Shown here: one piece after another, positions 1-9,771 of the stretch | How the letters are laid out: each line of letters starts with the position of its first letter | How positions within the stretch are numbered: position 1 is the first letter of the stretch | Source: an uncultured Bordetella sp. | GTDB taxonomy: Bacteria > Pseudomonadota > Gammaproteobacteria > Burkholderiales > SG8-39 | Length of the DNA stretch: 49,978 nucleotides | Assembly (NCBI GenBank): GCA_964652785.1 | Contig: CAZZDV010000006.1 | Span: 1-49,978 of the forward strand | Direction: 5' to 3' | The notes under the pieces: model-generated | What the model was told of the DNA's origin: nothing | Seen by the model: the letters and a program-made list of their open reading frames with translations, nothing else | Database searches by the model: none | Translations under genes and position numbers: made by a program

Positions 1-1
1 G

Positions 2-217
2 GCATCCTGCCGCCGATGCCGGCCTGACTCGCGCACCTACTCGATTTCAGTAGAAGTCCTCCTCATCCTGCTCGTGGGCGCGAGCCGGATGTACCTCGGC
101 GTGCACTACCTCAGCGACGTGGCCGGAGGCTTCCTGGCCGGCGGGGTTTGGCTGGCGATCTGCGTGATCGCCTGCGAGCTCGCCGAAAGCCGGCAGTCCG
201 TCCCTATTCGATCCTGA
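2..217 (+). CDS. PAP2-superfamily phosphatase, C-terminal fragment (5' end outside window)
   Basis: The frame is open from the window edge. The translation ...ILLVGASRMYLGVHYLSDVAGGFLAGGVWLAI... carries the SRxxxxxHxxxD PAP2 motif followed by a hydrophobic helix. Stop TGA at 215-217. It is absent from the ORF track because there is no start codon in the window. Confidence 0.6.
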   Translation, partial: ASCRRCRPDSRTYSISVEVLLILLVGASRMYLGVHYLSDVAGGFLAGGVWLAICVIACELAESRQSVPIRS

Positions 218-1175
218 CGTTCGCCGCCTTGATGACCGGCGCCCAGCGCGCGGCATCCGCGCGCAGCATCTCCGCCATGCGCTCAGGTGTGCCGGTGACG
301 ATCTCGAAGCCGAGCGGCTCCATGCGGTCACGGAAGTCTTTCGAATGGGCGCCCTTGATGGCCTCGGCATTCAGCTTCATTACGATCTCGCGCGGCGTCC
401 CGGCGGGCGCGATGAGGCCGTACCAGGCAATGGTGTCGAAGCCCGGAAGACCTGATTCGGCCAGCGTGGGGATCTCAGGCATCAGCGGCGAGCGCCTGGC
501 GCTGGTGACCGCGAGCGCTCGCAGCTTGCCGCCCTTGATCTGCGAGATGGCAAAAGGAATCGTCTCGAACATCATGGTCACGTTGCCGGCCAGCATGTCG
601 GTGAGCGCGGGCGCGCTCCCCTTGTACGGCACGTGCACGACGTCCACGCCGGACATCGAGCGGAACAGCTCGCCCACGAGGTGCACGTTGGTGCCGTTGC
701 CGCTGGAGGCGTAGGTCAGCTTGCCGGGCTGCGCCTTGGCCTGCGCAATGAGTTCCTGCACCGACCTGGCGCTTGCCAATGGATGGACGATCAGCACGTT
801 GCTGAAGGCCACCAGCGGGGTGATGAAAGCGAAGTCCTTCATCGCGTCGAACGGCAGTTTCGAGTAAAGCAGCGGGCTGATCGAGTGCAGGCTGTTGAGC
901 GTTAGGAAGAGCGTGTGGCCATCCGGGGCCGAGCGCGCGACTTCGGCTGCGGCGACATTGCCGCCCGCGCCGGGCTTATTCTCGATGACGACCGGCTGGC
1001 CGAGCGCCTTCGAGAGCTCGTGGCCGATGGCCCGCGCGGTGATATCGACGCCGCCGCCCGGGGGGAAGGGGCAGATGATCCGGATCGGCTTCGACGGGAA
1101 TACCTGGGCCGTCGCGGCCGTGGGAAGAATTGCGCCGAATGTGGCGAACAGCACGGCAAGGACCAGGCGCTTCAT
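204..1175 (-). CDS. Bug-family (TctC-like) tripartite tricarboxylate transporter substrate-binding protein
   Basis: 323 aa. Signal peptide MKRLVLAVLFATFGAILPTAATAQ, then the hallmark Bug N-terminus KPIRIICPFPPGGGVDITAR...ENKPGAGGNVAAAEVARSAPDGHTL. GAAGGA lies about 5 nt upstream of the ATG. No tctA/tctB is adjacent. Confidence 0.9.
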   Translation of the reverse strand: MKRLVLAVLFATFGAILPTAATAQVFPSKPIRIICPFPPGGGVDITARAIGHELSKALGQPVVIENKPGAGGNVAAAEVARSAPDGHTLFLTLNSLHSISPLLYSKLPFDAMKDFAFITPLVAFSNVLIVHPLASARSVQELIAQAKAQPGKLTYASSGNGTNVHLVGELFRSMSGVDVVHVPYKGSAPALTDMLAGNVTMMFETIPFAISQIKGGKLRALAVTSARRSPLMPEIPTLAESGLPGFDTIAWYGLIAPAGTPREIVMKLNAEAIKGAHSKDFRDRMEPLGFEIVTGTPERMAEMLRADAARWAPVIKAANVRIE

Positions 1176-1184
1176 GGAGAATCC

Positions 1185-1208
1185 TTCGGAATACGTCTTC
1201 GGAATACG
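1185..1208. repeat. Tandem direct repeat TTCGGAATACG x2 (13-nt period) in the leader of the tctC-like gene
   Basis: TTCGGAATACG occurs at 1185-1195 and again at 1198-1208, read directly. An adjacent hairpin ACGCCT-tcgg-GAGGCGT follows at about 1210-1226. Confidence 0.7.
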
Positions 1209-1312
1209 CTACGCCTTCGGGAGGCGTGCAGGTCCGACATTATGGAGTTTTGCCCTATGATTTGGTTACCCTGTTCGCGGCGTGTTCGGTCTACGAAACG
1301 CTCCCCAAGCTA

Positions 1313-2170
1313 GTGCTCGAGCTTCACCATTCCGGTGCCGACCTCTTCGTGCCTGACGGGCAGCCGCAGCATGCGGCGCTCGCGCGCATCACGCGGCTTG
1401 GCATCGGCGCGCACCAGGACGACCTGGAGTTCATGGCCTTCCATGGCATCGCCGCCTGCCATGCCAGCGACACCGAATGGTTTGGCGGCGTCACCTGCAC
1501 CAACGGGGCCGGGAGCTCGCGCGCCGGGACCTACGCGCAGTTCAGCGATGCGCAAATGATGGAAAAGCGCCGCGAGGAGCAGCGGCGCGCGGCTTCGGCG
1601 GGGCGCTACGGGATCATGGTGCAGCTCGATTATCCGAGCGCTGCGGCCAAGCGCGCCGATTGCGCCGAGCTGTGCGATGACCTGAAAGCGATCCTCGCCG
1701 CGACCAGGCCAAAGGTCCTCTACACGCACAACCTCGCCGACAAGCACGACACCCACGTTGCCGTGGCCATGCATGTGATCCGCGCGATCCGCGAACTGCC
1801 GCGCGCGCAGCGCCCTGAGGCTGTGTATGGCTGCGAGGTGTGGCGCGACCTCGACTGGATGCTCGACACCGACAAAGTCGTTCATGACGTGGCCGGGCAG
1901 GACGATCTCGCCACGCGGGTCGGCGGCGTGTTCGACTCGCAGATCGCGGGCGGCAAGCGCTACGACCTCGCGGTGCTCGGTCGGCGTCGCGCGAACGCCA
2001 CTTTTTTCGAGAGCCATGGCGTCGACCAGAGCGACGCGATTTCGTTTGCGATGGACCTGACGCCCCTGGCCCGGGACGACAGGCTCGATGCCCTCGAGTA
2101 CGTCACCGCATACATCGATCGGTTCAAGGCCGATGCCGTCGAGCGCCTTCGCCGCTACAAGGGAAAATAG
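1313..2170 (+). CDS. PIG-L/LmbE-family deacetylase
   Basis: Contains AHQDDLEF (AHPDD-type) and KHDTH (HxDH-type) motifs of the LmbE/PIG-L zinc deacetylase fold. The longest ORF starts at 1130 but would overlap the divergent tctC-like gene. An in-frame GTG at 1313 gives 285 aa, so the start is uncertain. Confidence 0.75.
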   Translation: MLELHHSGADLFVPDGQPQHAALARITRLGIGAHQDDLEFMAFHGIAACHASDTEWFGGVTCTNGAGSSRAGTYAQFSDAQMMEKRREEQRRAASAGRYGIMVQLDYPSAAAKRADCAELCDDLKAILAATRPKVLYTHNLADKHDTHVAVAMHVIRAIRELPRAQRPEAVYGCEVWRDLDWMLDTDKVVHDVAGQDDLATRVGGVFDSQIAGGKRYDLAVLGRRRANATFFESHGVDQSDAISFAMDLTPLARDDRLDALEYVTAYIDRFKADAVERLRRYKGK

Positions 2171-2172
2171 CC

Positions 2173-2955
2173 GTGGAAATCATCGTCCAGCCCACGCCCG
2201 AAGACGCTTCGCTCATCGCCGCGCGCCATGTCGCGCGCGTAGTGCGGGAGAAGCCGGACGCAGTGCTGGGCCTCGCCACCGGGGCGACGCCGCTCACGCT
2301 CTACCGGGAACTCGTGCGCATGCATCGCGAGGAGGAGCTCGACTTCAGCGGCGTCACGACCTTCAACCTCGACGAGTACGTTGGTCTTGCGCCCGATCAT
2401 CCCGCGAGCTACCACACCTTCATGCGCGAGCATTTTTTCGCGCATGTGAACATCGATCCCGGCCGCATCCATATTCCCGACGGGCTCACCAGCGACGTGC
2501 CGGCCTTCTGCCGCGCGTACGAAGACGCCATCAAGGCCGCCGGCGGAATCGACCTGCAGGTGCTCGGCATCGGCACCGACGGGCACATCGGCTTCAACGA
2601 GCCTTCGTCGTCGCTTGCGTCGCGCACGCGCATCAAGACACTCACGCCCAGGACCCGGCGCGACAACGTCGCTGCCTTCGGCACGCAGGAACAGGTTCCC
2701 ATCCACGTCATCACGATGGGCGTGGGCACGATCATGGACGCGCGCGAAGTCCTGCTCCTCGCGTTCGGCATCAAGAAATCGGCGGCGATCGCAGCCGCGG
2801 TGGAGGGCCCGGTGACCTCGATGAGCCCGGCCTCGATCCTGCAGATGCACCCGGTCGCGCGATGCATCGTCGACGTGACGGCCGCCTCGCGGCTCGCGAG
2901 AACCGGCTACTACCGCTGGGTCTACCAGCAGAAACCCGACTGGCAAAAGCTCTAA
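2173..2955 (+). CDS. nagB: Glucosamine-6-phosphate deaminase
   Basis: 260 aa with GLATGATP, FNLDEYVG and GIGTDGHIGFNEP motifs. GTG start lies 2 nt after the stop of the PIG-L gene. Confidence 0.93.
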   Translation: MEIIVQPTPEDASLIAARHVARVVREKPDAVLGLATGATPLTLYRELVRMHREEELDFSGVTTFNLDEYVGLAPDHPASYHTFMREHFFAHVNIDPGRIHIPDGLTSDVPAFCRAYEDAIKAAGGIDLQVLGIGTDGHIGFNEPSSSLASRTRIKTLTPRTRRDNVAAFGTQEQVPIHVITMGVGTIMDAREVLLLAFGIKKSAAIAAAVEGPVTSMSPASILQMHPVARCIVDVTAASRLARTGYYRWVYQQKPDWQKL

Positions 2956-2964
2956 GTCCGGTAG

Positions 2965-4220
<1,256 letters not shown>

Positions 4221-4274
4221 CGCTCCTGCTTCGATGGCAGCATTTCGCCCTGCAGCCCGCTGGGGAAGCGGGGT

Positions 4275-5297
4275 TCAGGCCGATTTTGGCAGTATATGCC
4301 TGAGCCGCTCGAGGCTTGGCCGCTCGATCACGCCCTGCTCGGTGATGATCGCCGAGATCAGGTCCGCGGGCGTTACGTCGAACGCCGGATTGCGCACTTG
4401 GACCCCATGCGGAGCCCAGCGCAGGTTGCGATAGCCGGTGACTTCGTCCGCCGGGCGCTCTTCGATCGGGATATGCGAGCCGTCGGGGATTGCCGGATCG
4501 AAGGTCGAAAGGGGCGCCGCCACATAGAAAGGCAGGCCATGACGCTGCGCGAGCACGGCCAGCGTATAGGTGCCGATCTTGTTGGCCGCGTCACCATTGG
4601 CCGCGATGCGGTCCGCGCCGACGATCACCAGGTCCACTTCGCCGCGGCTCATCAGGTGCCCGGCCATGTTGTCCGAGATCAGCGTGACCGGGATTTTCTC
4701 CTGCACCATTTCCCAGGCCGTGAGCCGCGCGCCCTGCAGATACGGCCGCGTTTCGTTTGCGATCACGGAGATCTTCTTGCCCTGGTCCCGCGCCGAGCGG
4801 ATGACGCCAAGCGCCGTGCCATGGCCCGCGGTCGCGAGTGCCCCTGCGTTGCAGTGGGTCATGATGCGCGCGCCGTCGGGAATCAGCGCTGCGCCGTTCT
4901 CGCCCATCGTGCGGCAGGCTGCAATGTCTTCGCTGTAGATAGCCAGCGCTTCGGCCTCGGGATCGGCCGTGCCGCGCATGCGATCCAGCGCCCAGAAAAG
5001 ATTGACGGCGGTCGGGCGGCTCGCAGCGAGCTTTTGTTCCGCGTCGGACAAATTCGCGCCGCGCTTTGCGTCCAATGCGATCCCGAACGCCGCCGCGCAT
5101 CCAATCGCGGGCGCGCCCCGCACGACCATGTCGCGGATCGCATCGGCCGTTTCGGCGGCGGTGCGGCAGGTCACATAGACCGTTTCCTCCGGCAGGCGAC
5201 GCTGGTCGAGCAATTCCAGCCGGTCGCCTTTCCAGCGAACGGCCTCGACGTTCCCTGCAACGGCCTCGACGTTCCCTGCATCGGTGCTGCGGCTCAT
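4275..5297 (-). CDS. mtnA: S-methyl-5-thioribose-1-phosphate isomerase (eIF-2B alpha/beta/delta family)
   Basis: Contains [19 protein letters not shown]...[19 protein letters not shown]...[19 protein letters not shown]. The ATG at 5297 lies 11 nt downstream of the upstream gene's stop. The longer ORF to 5381 would overlap that gene. Confidence 0.9.
   Translation of the reverse strand: MSRSTDAGNVEAVAGNVEAVRWKGDRLELLDQRRLPEETVYVTCRTAAETADAIRDMVVRGAPAIGCAAAFGIALDAKRGANLSDAEQKLAASRPTAVNLFWALDRMRGTADPEAEALAIYSEDIAACRTMGENGAALIPDGARIMTHCNAGALATAGHGTALGVIRSARDQGKKISVIANETRPYLQGARLTAWEMVQEKIPVTLISDNMAGHLMSRGEVDLVIVGADRIAANGDAANKIGTYTLAVLAQRHGLPFYVAAPLSTFDPAIPDGSHIPIEERPADEVTGYRNLRWAPHGVQVRNPAFDVTPADLISAIITEQGVIERPSLERLRHILPKSA
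5239..5280. repeat. Perfect 21-bp x2 tandem duplication inside the mtnA 5' end
   Basis: ACGGCCTCGACGTTCCCTGCA at 5239-5259 is repeated exactly at 5260-5280. It encodes the duplicated peptide [13 protein letters not shown]. Confidence 0.95.
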
Positions 5298-5308
5298 CAC
5301 GCCGTTCT

Positions 5309-7282
5309 TCACACGACGCGCTCGTTGCCGCCGTCTACAGGTACCTGGGCGGCGGTGGTCTTTGCAAACAGGGGCCCGCACATCTCGGCCGCGAGCTCGG
5401 CCACGTCCTTAGCGGCCACTTCGGTCTTGAGCAGATTGTTCTTGCGGTACTGCTCCACCGTGAGGTTGTAGGCCTTGGCGCGCGAAGCCAGCACCTCGTC
5501 GGTCCAGAGCGCGGTGTCGTAAACCGCGTTCGGATGCAGTGAATTGATGCGGATGTTGTCCTTGCCCCATTCGAGCGCCGCGACCCGCGCGAGCTGGTTC
5601 ATCGCGGCCTTGGAAGCGGAATAGGCGCCGGCCCCAGGGCCGGGCGCGGGCACGTTCTTCGAGCCGATGACCACGATGCGCCCACCGCGCGGCGCGAGCT
5701 TGAGCAGGCCATGGCAGGCCTGCATGAGCGCGAGGTTGGCCTCGACGTTGATCGCCATCGTCCTGTGCCACGTTTCGGCCGGGATGTCCTGCAGCGCCTG
5801 GGAGGAGGGGAAGATGCCCGCATTCAGCACGAGCATGTCCACGCCGCCGAAAGTGTGAGTGGCGCGGTCGAGCGCGGTTTCGACCGCGGCTCGATCAGTC
5901 AGGTCGCACGCAATGCCAAGCGCGTCGCCTCGCTTGAACTGGCTTTCGATCGCCGGATTGATGTCAAGCGCGACTACCGCCGCGCCGCGTTTGAGGAAAC
6001 TCTCCGCGCACGCCTTGCCGATACCCGAGGCCGCACCCGTGACCACGACGACTTCACCGGCAAACACTGGCGCGTCACCGCCCTTGCGCAGCTTGGCCTG
6101 CTCGAGGTCCCAGTACTCGACTTCGAAGAGGTTGGCTTCCGGCAGCGCGTGCCAGCCGCCGATGCCCTCGGCGCGCATGAACACGTCGATGCTGTGGTCG
6201 TAGAGTTCGGCGACGATGGCCGCATCCTTGGCGGTGCGTCCGGCGGCAGCGAATCCGAATGCGGGATCGAGCACCATGCGCGGCGCCGCATCGAGCATGG
6301 TTTTCTTTTCTTTCGCCCCCGGCGCATTGCGCTCGAAGTAGGCGCCGTACGACTTTGCATACGCGCCCACGTCGCGGCCGATCATCGGCACGAGCTTGGT
6401 GCGGATCACGTGGTCCGGGGTCGCCGGACCTTGCTGTGAAATCCTCGCGACCTCCGCGTGCCCGGCGAAGGCCCGGTATTTTTCGCCGTCGCGGAGCGTG
6501 ACGATCATCGGGCCGCCGGCCGCCGCGGAGAGGTCATTGCGAAGCTGCGCGATTTCGCCGCGCTTCACCGCCGCGGCGGCGGCCTTGGGCGCATAGCGGA
6601 TGTTCCAGCTCTTGCGCGAATCGAGGTACTGCTCGGCCTCGCTCACCAGCGCGATCATGCGCTCGTAAGCCTCGCGCGCATCCTCGCCGAACGAAAAGAT
6701 GCCGTGGTTCATCAGCACCATGCCCACGGTGTTCTGCGTCGACTGCTTCGGGAACTCGCGCGCGCAGACTGCCGCCAGATCGAAACCCGGCATCACATAC
6801 GGGACGACGACCACGCGCTCGCCATAGATCTCGCGGATGCGCTTCTCGCCCTCGGGGGCGTTCGTCACCGAAAGCACCGCATCGGCATGCGTGTGGTCCA
6901 CGTAACGCGAAGGCAGGATGCCGTGCAGGATGGTTTCGATCGACGGGGCCGGGGCGCCGGCACGGGTCATGTGCGTGGCGAGCTCGTTGACCATCTGCGG
7001 ATCGGAAAGCGCGGGCAGCGCCGCCAGCCGTCGCACGTAGTCCAGGCGGACCGGCGAGAACCCGGCGGCCTCGATGGTTTCGAGATCCCAGCCGCTGCCT
7101 TTCACGTAGAGGATGGCCTCGTCCTCGCCGAAAAGGTTTTTCTCCCCGAGCTTGACCGAAGTGTTGCCGCCGCCATGGAGCACGAGCGATTTGTCGCGGC
7201 CGAGCAGGCGCGAGGTGTAGACCCGCGGGCCGAGCGGGTCCTTGTGCGCGGCTGCTTCGGCGTCGTTCCAGAGACTTTTCAT
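5309..7282 (-). CDS. Bifunctional class II aldolase / short-chain dehydrogenase (YuxG/RhaEW-type fusion)
   Basis: 657 aa. The N-terminal aldolase/adducin-type domain contains [13 protein letters not shown]. The C-terminal SDR has the [13 protein letters not shown] Rossmann motif and the YSASKAA (YxxxK) catalytic motif. Confidence 0.88.
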   Translation of the reverse strand: MKSLWNDAEAAAHKDPLGPRVYTSRLLGRDKSLVLHGGGNTSVKLGEKNLFGEDEAILYVKGSGWDLETIEAAGFSPVRLDYVRRLAALPALSDPQMVNELATHMTRAGAPAPSIETILHGILPSRYVDHTHADAVLSVTNAPEGEKRIREIYGERVVVVPYVMPGFDLAAVCAREFPKQSTQNTVGMVLMNHGIFSFGEDAREAYERMIALVSEAEQYLDSRKSWNIRYAPKAAAAAVKRGEIAQLRNDLSAAAGGPMIVTLRDGEKYRAFAGHAEVARISQQGPATPDHVIRTKLVPMIGRDVGAYAKSYGAYFERNAPGAKEKKTMLDAAPRMVLDPAFGFAAAGRTAKDAAIVAELYDHSIDVFMRAEGIGGWHALPEANLFEVEYWDLEQAKLRKGGDAPVFAGEVVVVTGAASGIGKACAESFLKRGAAVVALDINPAIESQFKRGDALGIACDLTDRAAVETALDRATHTFGGVDMLVLNAGIFPSSQALQDIPAETWHRTMAINVEANLALMQACHGLLKLAPRGGRIVVIGSKNVPAPGPGAGAYSASKAAMNQLARVAALEWGKDNIRINSLHPNAVYDTALWTDEVLASRAKAYNLTVEQYRKNNLLKTEVAAKDVAELAAEMCGPLFAKTTAAQVPVDGGNERVV

Positions 7283-7362
7283 TTGCGGGCTTTTTTCATT
7301 CGGAGATCACGGGCTGGCGGCATCGTGTGGTCAAACGCAGGCCGCAATTTTATACTCCGGGG

Positions 7363-7779
7363 ATGATTACGCTGCAGACGATGGGATGGGAGGAAGCCAA
7401 AGCCGAGGCGGGCCCGATCCGTTTCACCGTGTTCGTCGATGAGCAGCAGGTTCCGGCCGCAATGGAACTCGACGAGCACGATCCGGCCTGTGTCCATGTC
7501 ATTGCGAGATCCGCGGGCCGAGCGGTCGGGACCGGCCGGTTGCTGCCCGATGGCCATATCGGGCGCATGGCCGTGCTCAAGGAGGCGCGGGGGCAGGGCG
7601 TGGGCGCCGGCATGCTGAAAGCCTTGATGGCCGAGGCGCGCCGCCGCGGCGACAGCCAGGTAGCGCTTTCGGCGCAGACGCATGCGATCGGGTTTTATCG
7701 CAAGCACGGCTTTGTGGAGGAGGGGCCGGAGTACCTCGATGCCGGCATCCCGCACCAGGCGATGCGCCTGCGGTTCTAG
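7363..7779 (+). CDS. GNAT-family N-acetyltransferase (YjcF-like)
   Basis: Contains IRFTVFVDEQQVP...GRMAVLKEARGQGVGAGMLKAL...FYRKHGF, including the acetyl-CoA binding Q/RxxGxG/A motif. The ATG at 7363 is preferred to the GTG at 7327. Confidence 0.85.
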   Translation: MITLQTMGWEEAKAEAGPIRFTVFVDEQQVPAAMELDEHDPACVHVIARSAGRAVGTGRLLPDGHIGRMAVLKEARGQGVGAGMLKALMAEARRRGDSQVALSAQTHAIGFYRKHGFVEEGPEYLDAGIPHQAMRLRF

Positions 7780-8552
7780 CCGGAGGGCCGGGTCGCTGCG
7801 CCGAATTCGTAGCGCACCGTACTCAGTTCCACGCCCTCGGGCCCGTAAGTCCTTTCCGCAAACTGGACGCGCCCGTCAGAGACTTGCAGGACCACGGTCG
7901 AGCATCGGGTGCCATAGGACTCGGAGACGATGCGCGCGGCCGACAACAGGCGCTCGCGTTCATGTCCGACACCGGTCTGCGGCAGCTCGCTGTCGCTGGA
8001 AGTATTGGTATCGGCCAGCAGGCTGAACAACGGCTCCAAGGCCGGGGCAGGCTCGAGCGCTGCGCGAAGGCGATCGCGGGCGATGCGCACCTTTGACCAC
8101 GGCGTGTCCAGCAGGTGGTTCGAGAGCCCGTAGATGCCGGGTTCGAGGCGGCGGGGCGCGCCGGCGCGATTCGAGTAGCTGTACAGGTCGGTGCCGTCGC
8201 TCGCGAGGAGGTTGAAGCCTCGGTACGCGTCGCCGTGCGCCGCCACGTCGTTGAAGAACTGCCCGGCCGACATGCTGCCGCCGAGAAACCGGCTGACGAG
8301 CGTGCCGCGCGACTCAACCCCGGTCCGGGCGTCCGCAGGGTCGCGATAATTGGTGACCGCGGCAAACCTCCCGCCGCGGGTAACGCCTAGCCAGGTGCCC
8401 ATGCATTCGAGGTCACGGCCGGCGAGGATGTCCGGCTGGTCCTCCCAGAAGGCGGCGGCGGCGGTGGGCCTTGCATAGAACTCGTCGCGATTCGCCGCGA
8501 CGACCAGGGGAAACCCCGGGTGCAAGCGATGCGCGAGCGCGATCAGGCACAT
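7776..8552 (-). CDS. NRDE-family protein (DUF833 / TANGO2-like)
   Basis: Has the N-terminal MCLIALA and the eponymous VVAANRDEFYARPT motif. The ATG at 8552 is preferred to the longer ORF-track start. Its stop shares a CTAG with the convergent GNAT stop. Confidence 0.8.
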   Translation of the reverse strand: MCLIALAHRLHPGFPLVVAANRDEFYARPTAAAAFWEDQPDILAGRDLECMGTWLGVTRGGRFAAVTNYRDPADARTGVESRGTLVSRFLGGSMSAGQFFNDVAAHGDAYRGFNLLASDGTDLYSYSNRAGAPRRLEPGIYGLSNHLLDTPWSKVRIARDRLRAALEPAPALEPLFSLLADTNTSSDSELPQTGVGHERERLLSAARIVSESYGTRCSTVVLQVSDGRVQFAERTYGPEGVELSTVRYEFGAATRPSG

Positions 8553-8821
8553 CGAAAGATTTCGGTGATCCGCTCGATGCCGAGTCGGGCGAACGCGGCT
8601 TTCCCGAGCCCTTGGGCCAGCGCACGATCGAATGCCGCCGCATCGGTGACGCAAGGATAGGTTTCCATGAAGGTCGAGGCATCGTCGCGCCGTTGCAGCC
8701 AATCGCCCTGCACGCCCGTGGCTTCGAGCACTTCGCCGAAGACGACCTGGACGACGGCGCGCACTTCCTCGATCCGTGCGGGATCGAACTTGTAGTACAC
8801 GTAGTACTGGAGAGCGCTCAA
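8543..8821 (-). CDS. DUF4936-family small protein
   Basis: SALQYYVYYKFDPARIEEVRAVVQVVFGEVLEATGVQGDWLQRRDD... resembles the conserved small protein found downstream of ygfZ in betaproteobacteria. A TTG start at 8821 forms a TTGA overlap with the ygfZ stop, so the start is uncertain. Confidence 0.6.
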   Translation of the reverse strand: MSALQYYVYYKFDPARIEEVRAVVQVVFGEVLEATGVQGDWLQRRDDASTFMETYPCVTDAAAFDRALAQGLGKAAFARLGIERITEIFRCA

Positions 8822-9768
8822 ACCGCGTAGGGCAGGGGAACGATTCGCGTCACCGGACCCTGGGGTGAGCCGACGCGGATGGGTTCGCCCTGCTCGATGG
8901 CGGCGGTCTGGATCACGGCGAGCATTTCGAATCCACCCTGCGGCCGCGGAGCGACATTGACGATCGTGCCGATGGCCTGCGGCTCGTTGCCGAAGAGATC
9001 CTGGCCGGCGACCGGAGGGCCCGCGCCGTCCGCGTCGATCTCGCCGCGGTACATGCGGCGCTTCACCTGTCCGCGGTACTGGGCCCGCGCGACGACTTCC
9101 TGGCCCGGGTAACAGCCTTTCTTGAAATCGATGCCGCCGATGAGCTCGAAATTCGCCATCTGCGGCACGAACTGGTCCTGCGTGGGAAGCGTGACGAGCG
9201 CCAGCCCCGCGCGCACTTCGGCGAGCGTCCATGACTCCGGCGCGACTTGCTTGAACTTCGAGGCAAGGGCCGAAGCCGCTTGCGCCTGGCCGAACACGAG
9301 GAAGCGGCCTTCGCCCAGCGAGACAACGATTCCGAGTTGGGTTTCAGCCGTCTGCAGCGCCGCATCCGGGACTTTGAACCCGGCAGATTGAAGCGCCTCC
9401 GCGGCGCCGCGGCCCCAGGCACCGAACTGGGACCAGGTCGCCGAGGCTTCGGCGACTTTTACTTTGGAACGCAGCACGTACATCGTGAGCCGCTTCGCGA
9501 TCGCGGCCGCGATATCGGCCGATACCTGCAGCAGGAATCCGTCGGGACGCGCGATGACGAGAAAACTCGCAAGCAGCCGACCTTTCGGCGAGCAGTACCC
9601 GGCCCGCCTCGAGGCCTGCGCCGGAAGGTTCTCGACATCGTTGGAGAGTTGCGCGTGGAGGAACACACGCGCCTCTTCGCCGGTCACGGCGAGGACCCCG
9701 AACTGCGGCAGCGGCGCGAAGACCGCGCCGCCCAGCGCAATCGAGTCGTCGGTCAGGTGTGCACTCAT
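8818..9768 (-). CDS. ygfZ: Folate-binding Fe-S cluster repair / tRNA-modifying protein YgfZ
   Basis: 316 aa with the family signature KGCYPGQEVVARAQYRG. Confidence 0.9.
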   Translation of the reverse strand: MSAHLTDDSIALGGAVFAPLPQFGVLAVTGEEARVFLHAQLSNDVENLPAQASRRAGYCSPKGRLLASFLVIARPDGFLLQVSADIAAAIAKRLTMYVLRSKVKVAEASATWSQFGAWGRGAAEALQSAGFKVPDAALQTAETQLGIVVSLGEGRFLVFGQAQAASALASKFKQVAPESWTLAEVRAGLALVTLPTQDQFVPQMANFELIGGIDFKKGCYPGQEVVARAQYRGQVKRRMYRGEIDADGAGPPVAGQDLFGNEPQAIGTIVNVAPRPQGGFEMLAVIQTAAIEQGEPIRVGSPQGPVTRIVPLPYAV

Positions 9769-9771
9769 GGA

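Noticed and set aside
4221-4274. Possible bidirectional terminator (CCCGCT-gggga-AGCGGG) between the convergent L,D-transpeptidase gene and mtnA
   Set aside because: The stem is only 6 bp and there is no U-tract on either strand. This is too weak to call.
7363-8552. GNAT acetyltransferase as a TacT-like toxin of a toxin-antitoxin pair
   Set aside because: No small RHH or HTH antitoxin ORF is adjacent. The neighbouring NRDE gene is convergent rather than co-transcribed. The GNAT sequence resembles generic YjcF-type enzymes.
8543-9232. Long composite ORF-track entries (8543-9232, 32125-33315, 25610-26668, 3052-3744, 1130-2170, 13796-14959 and others)
   Set aside because: Only the 3' parts match known families. 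The 5' extensions run out of frame through neighbouring real genes or across divergent promoters. Starts were trimmed to the first start codon consistent with homology and spacing.
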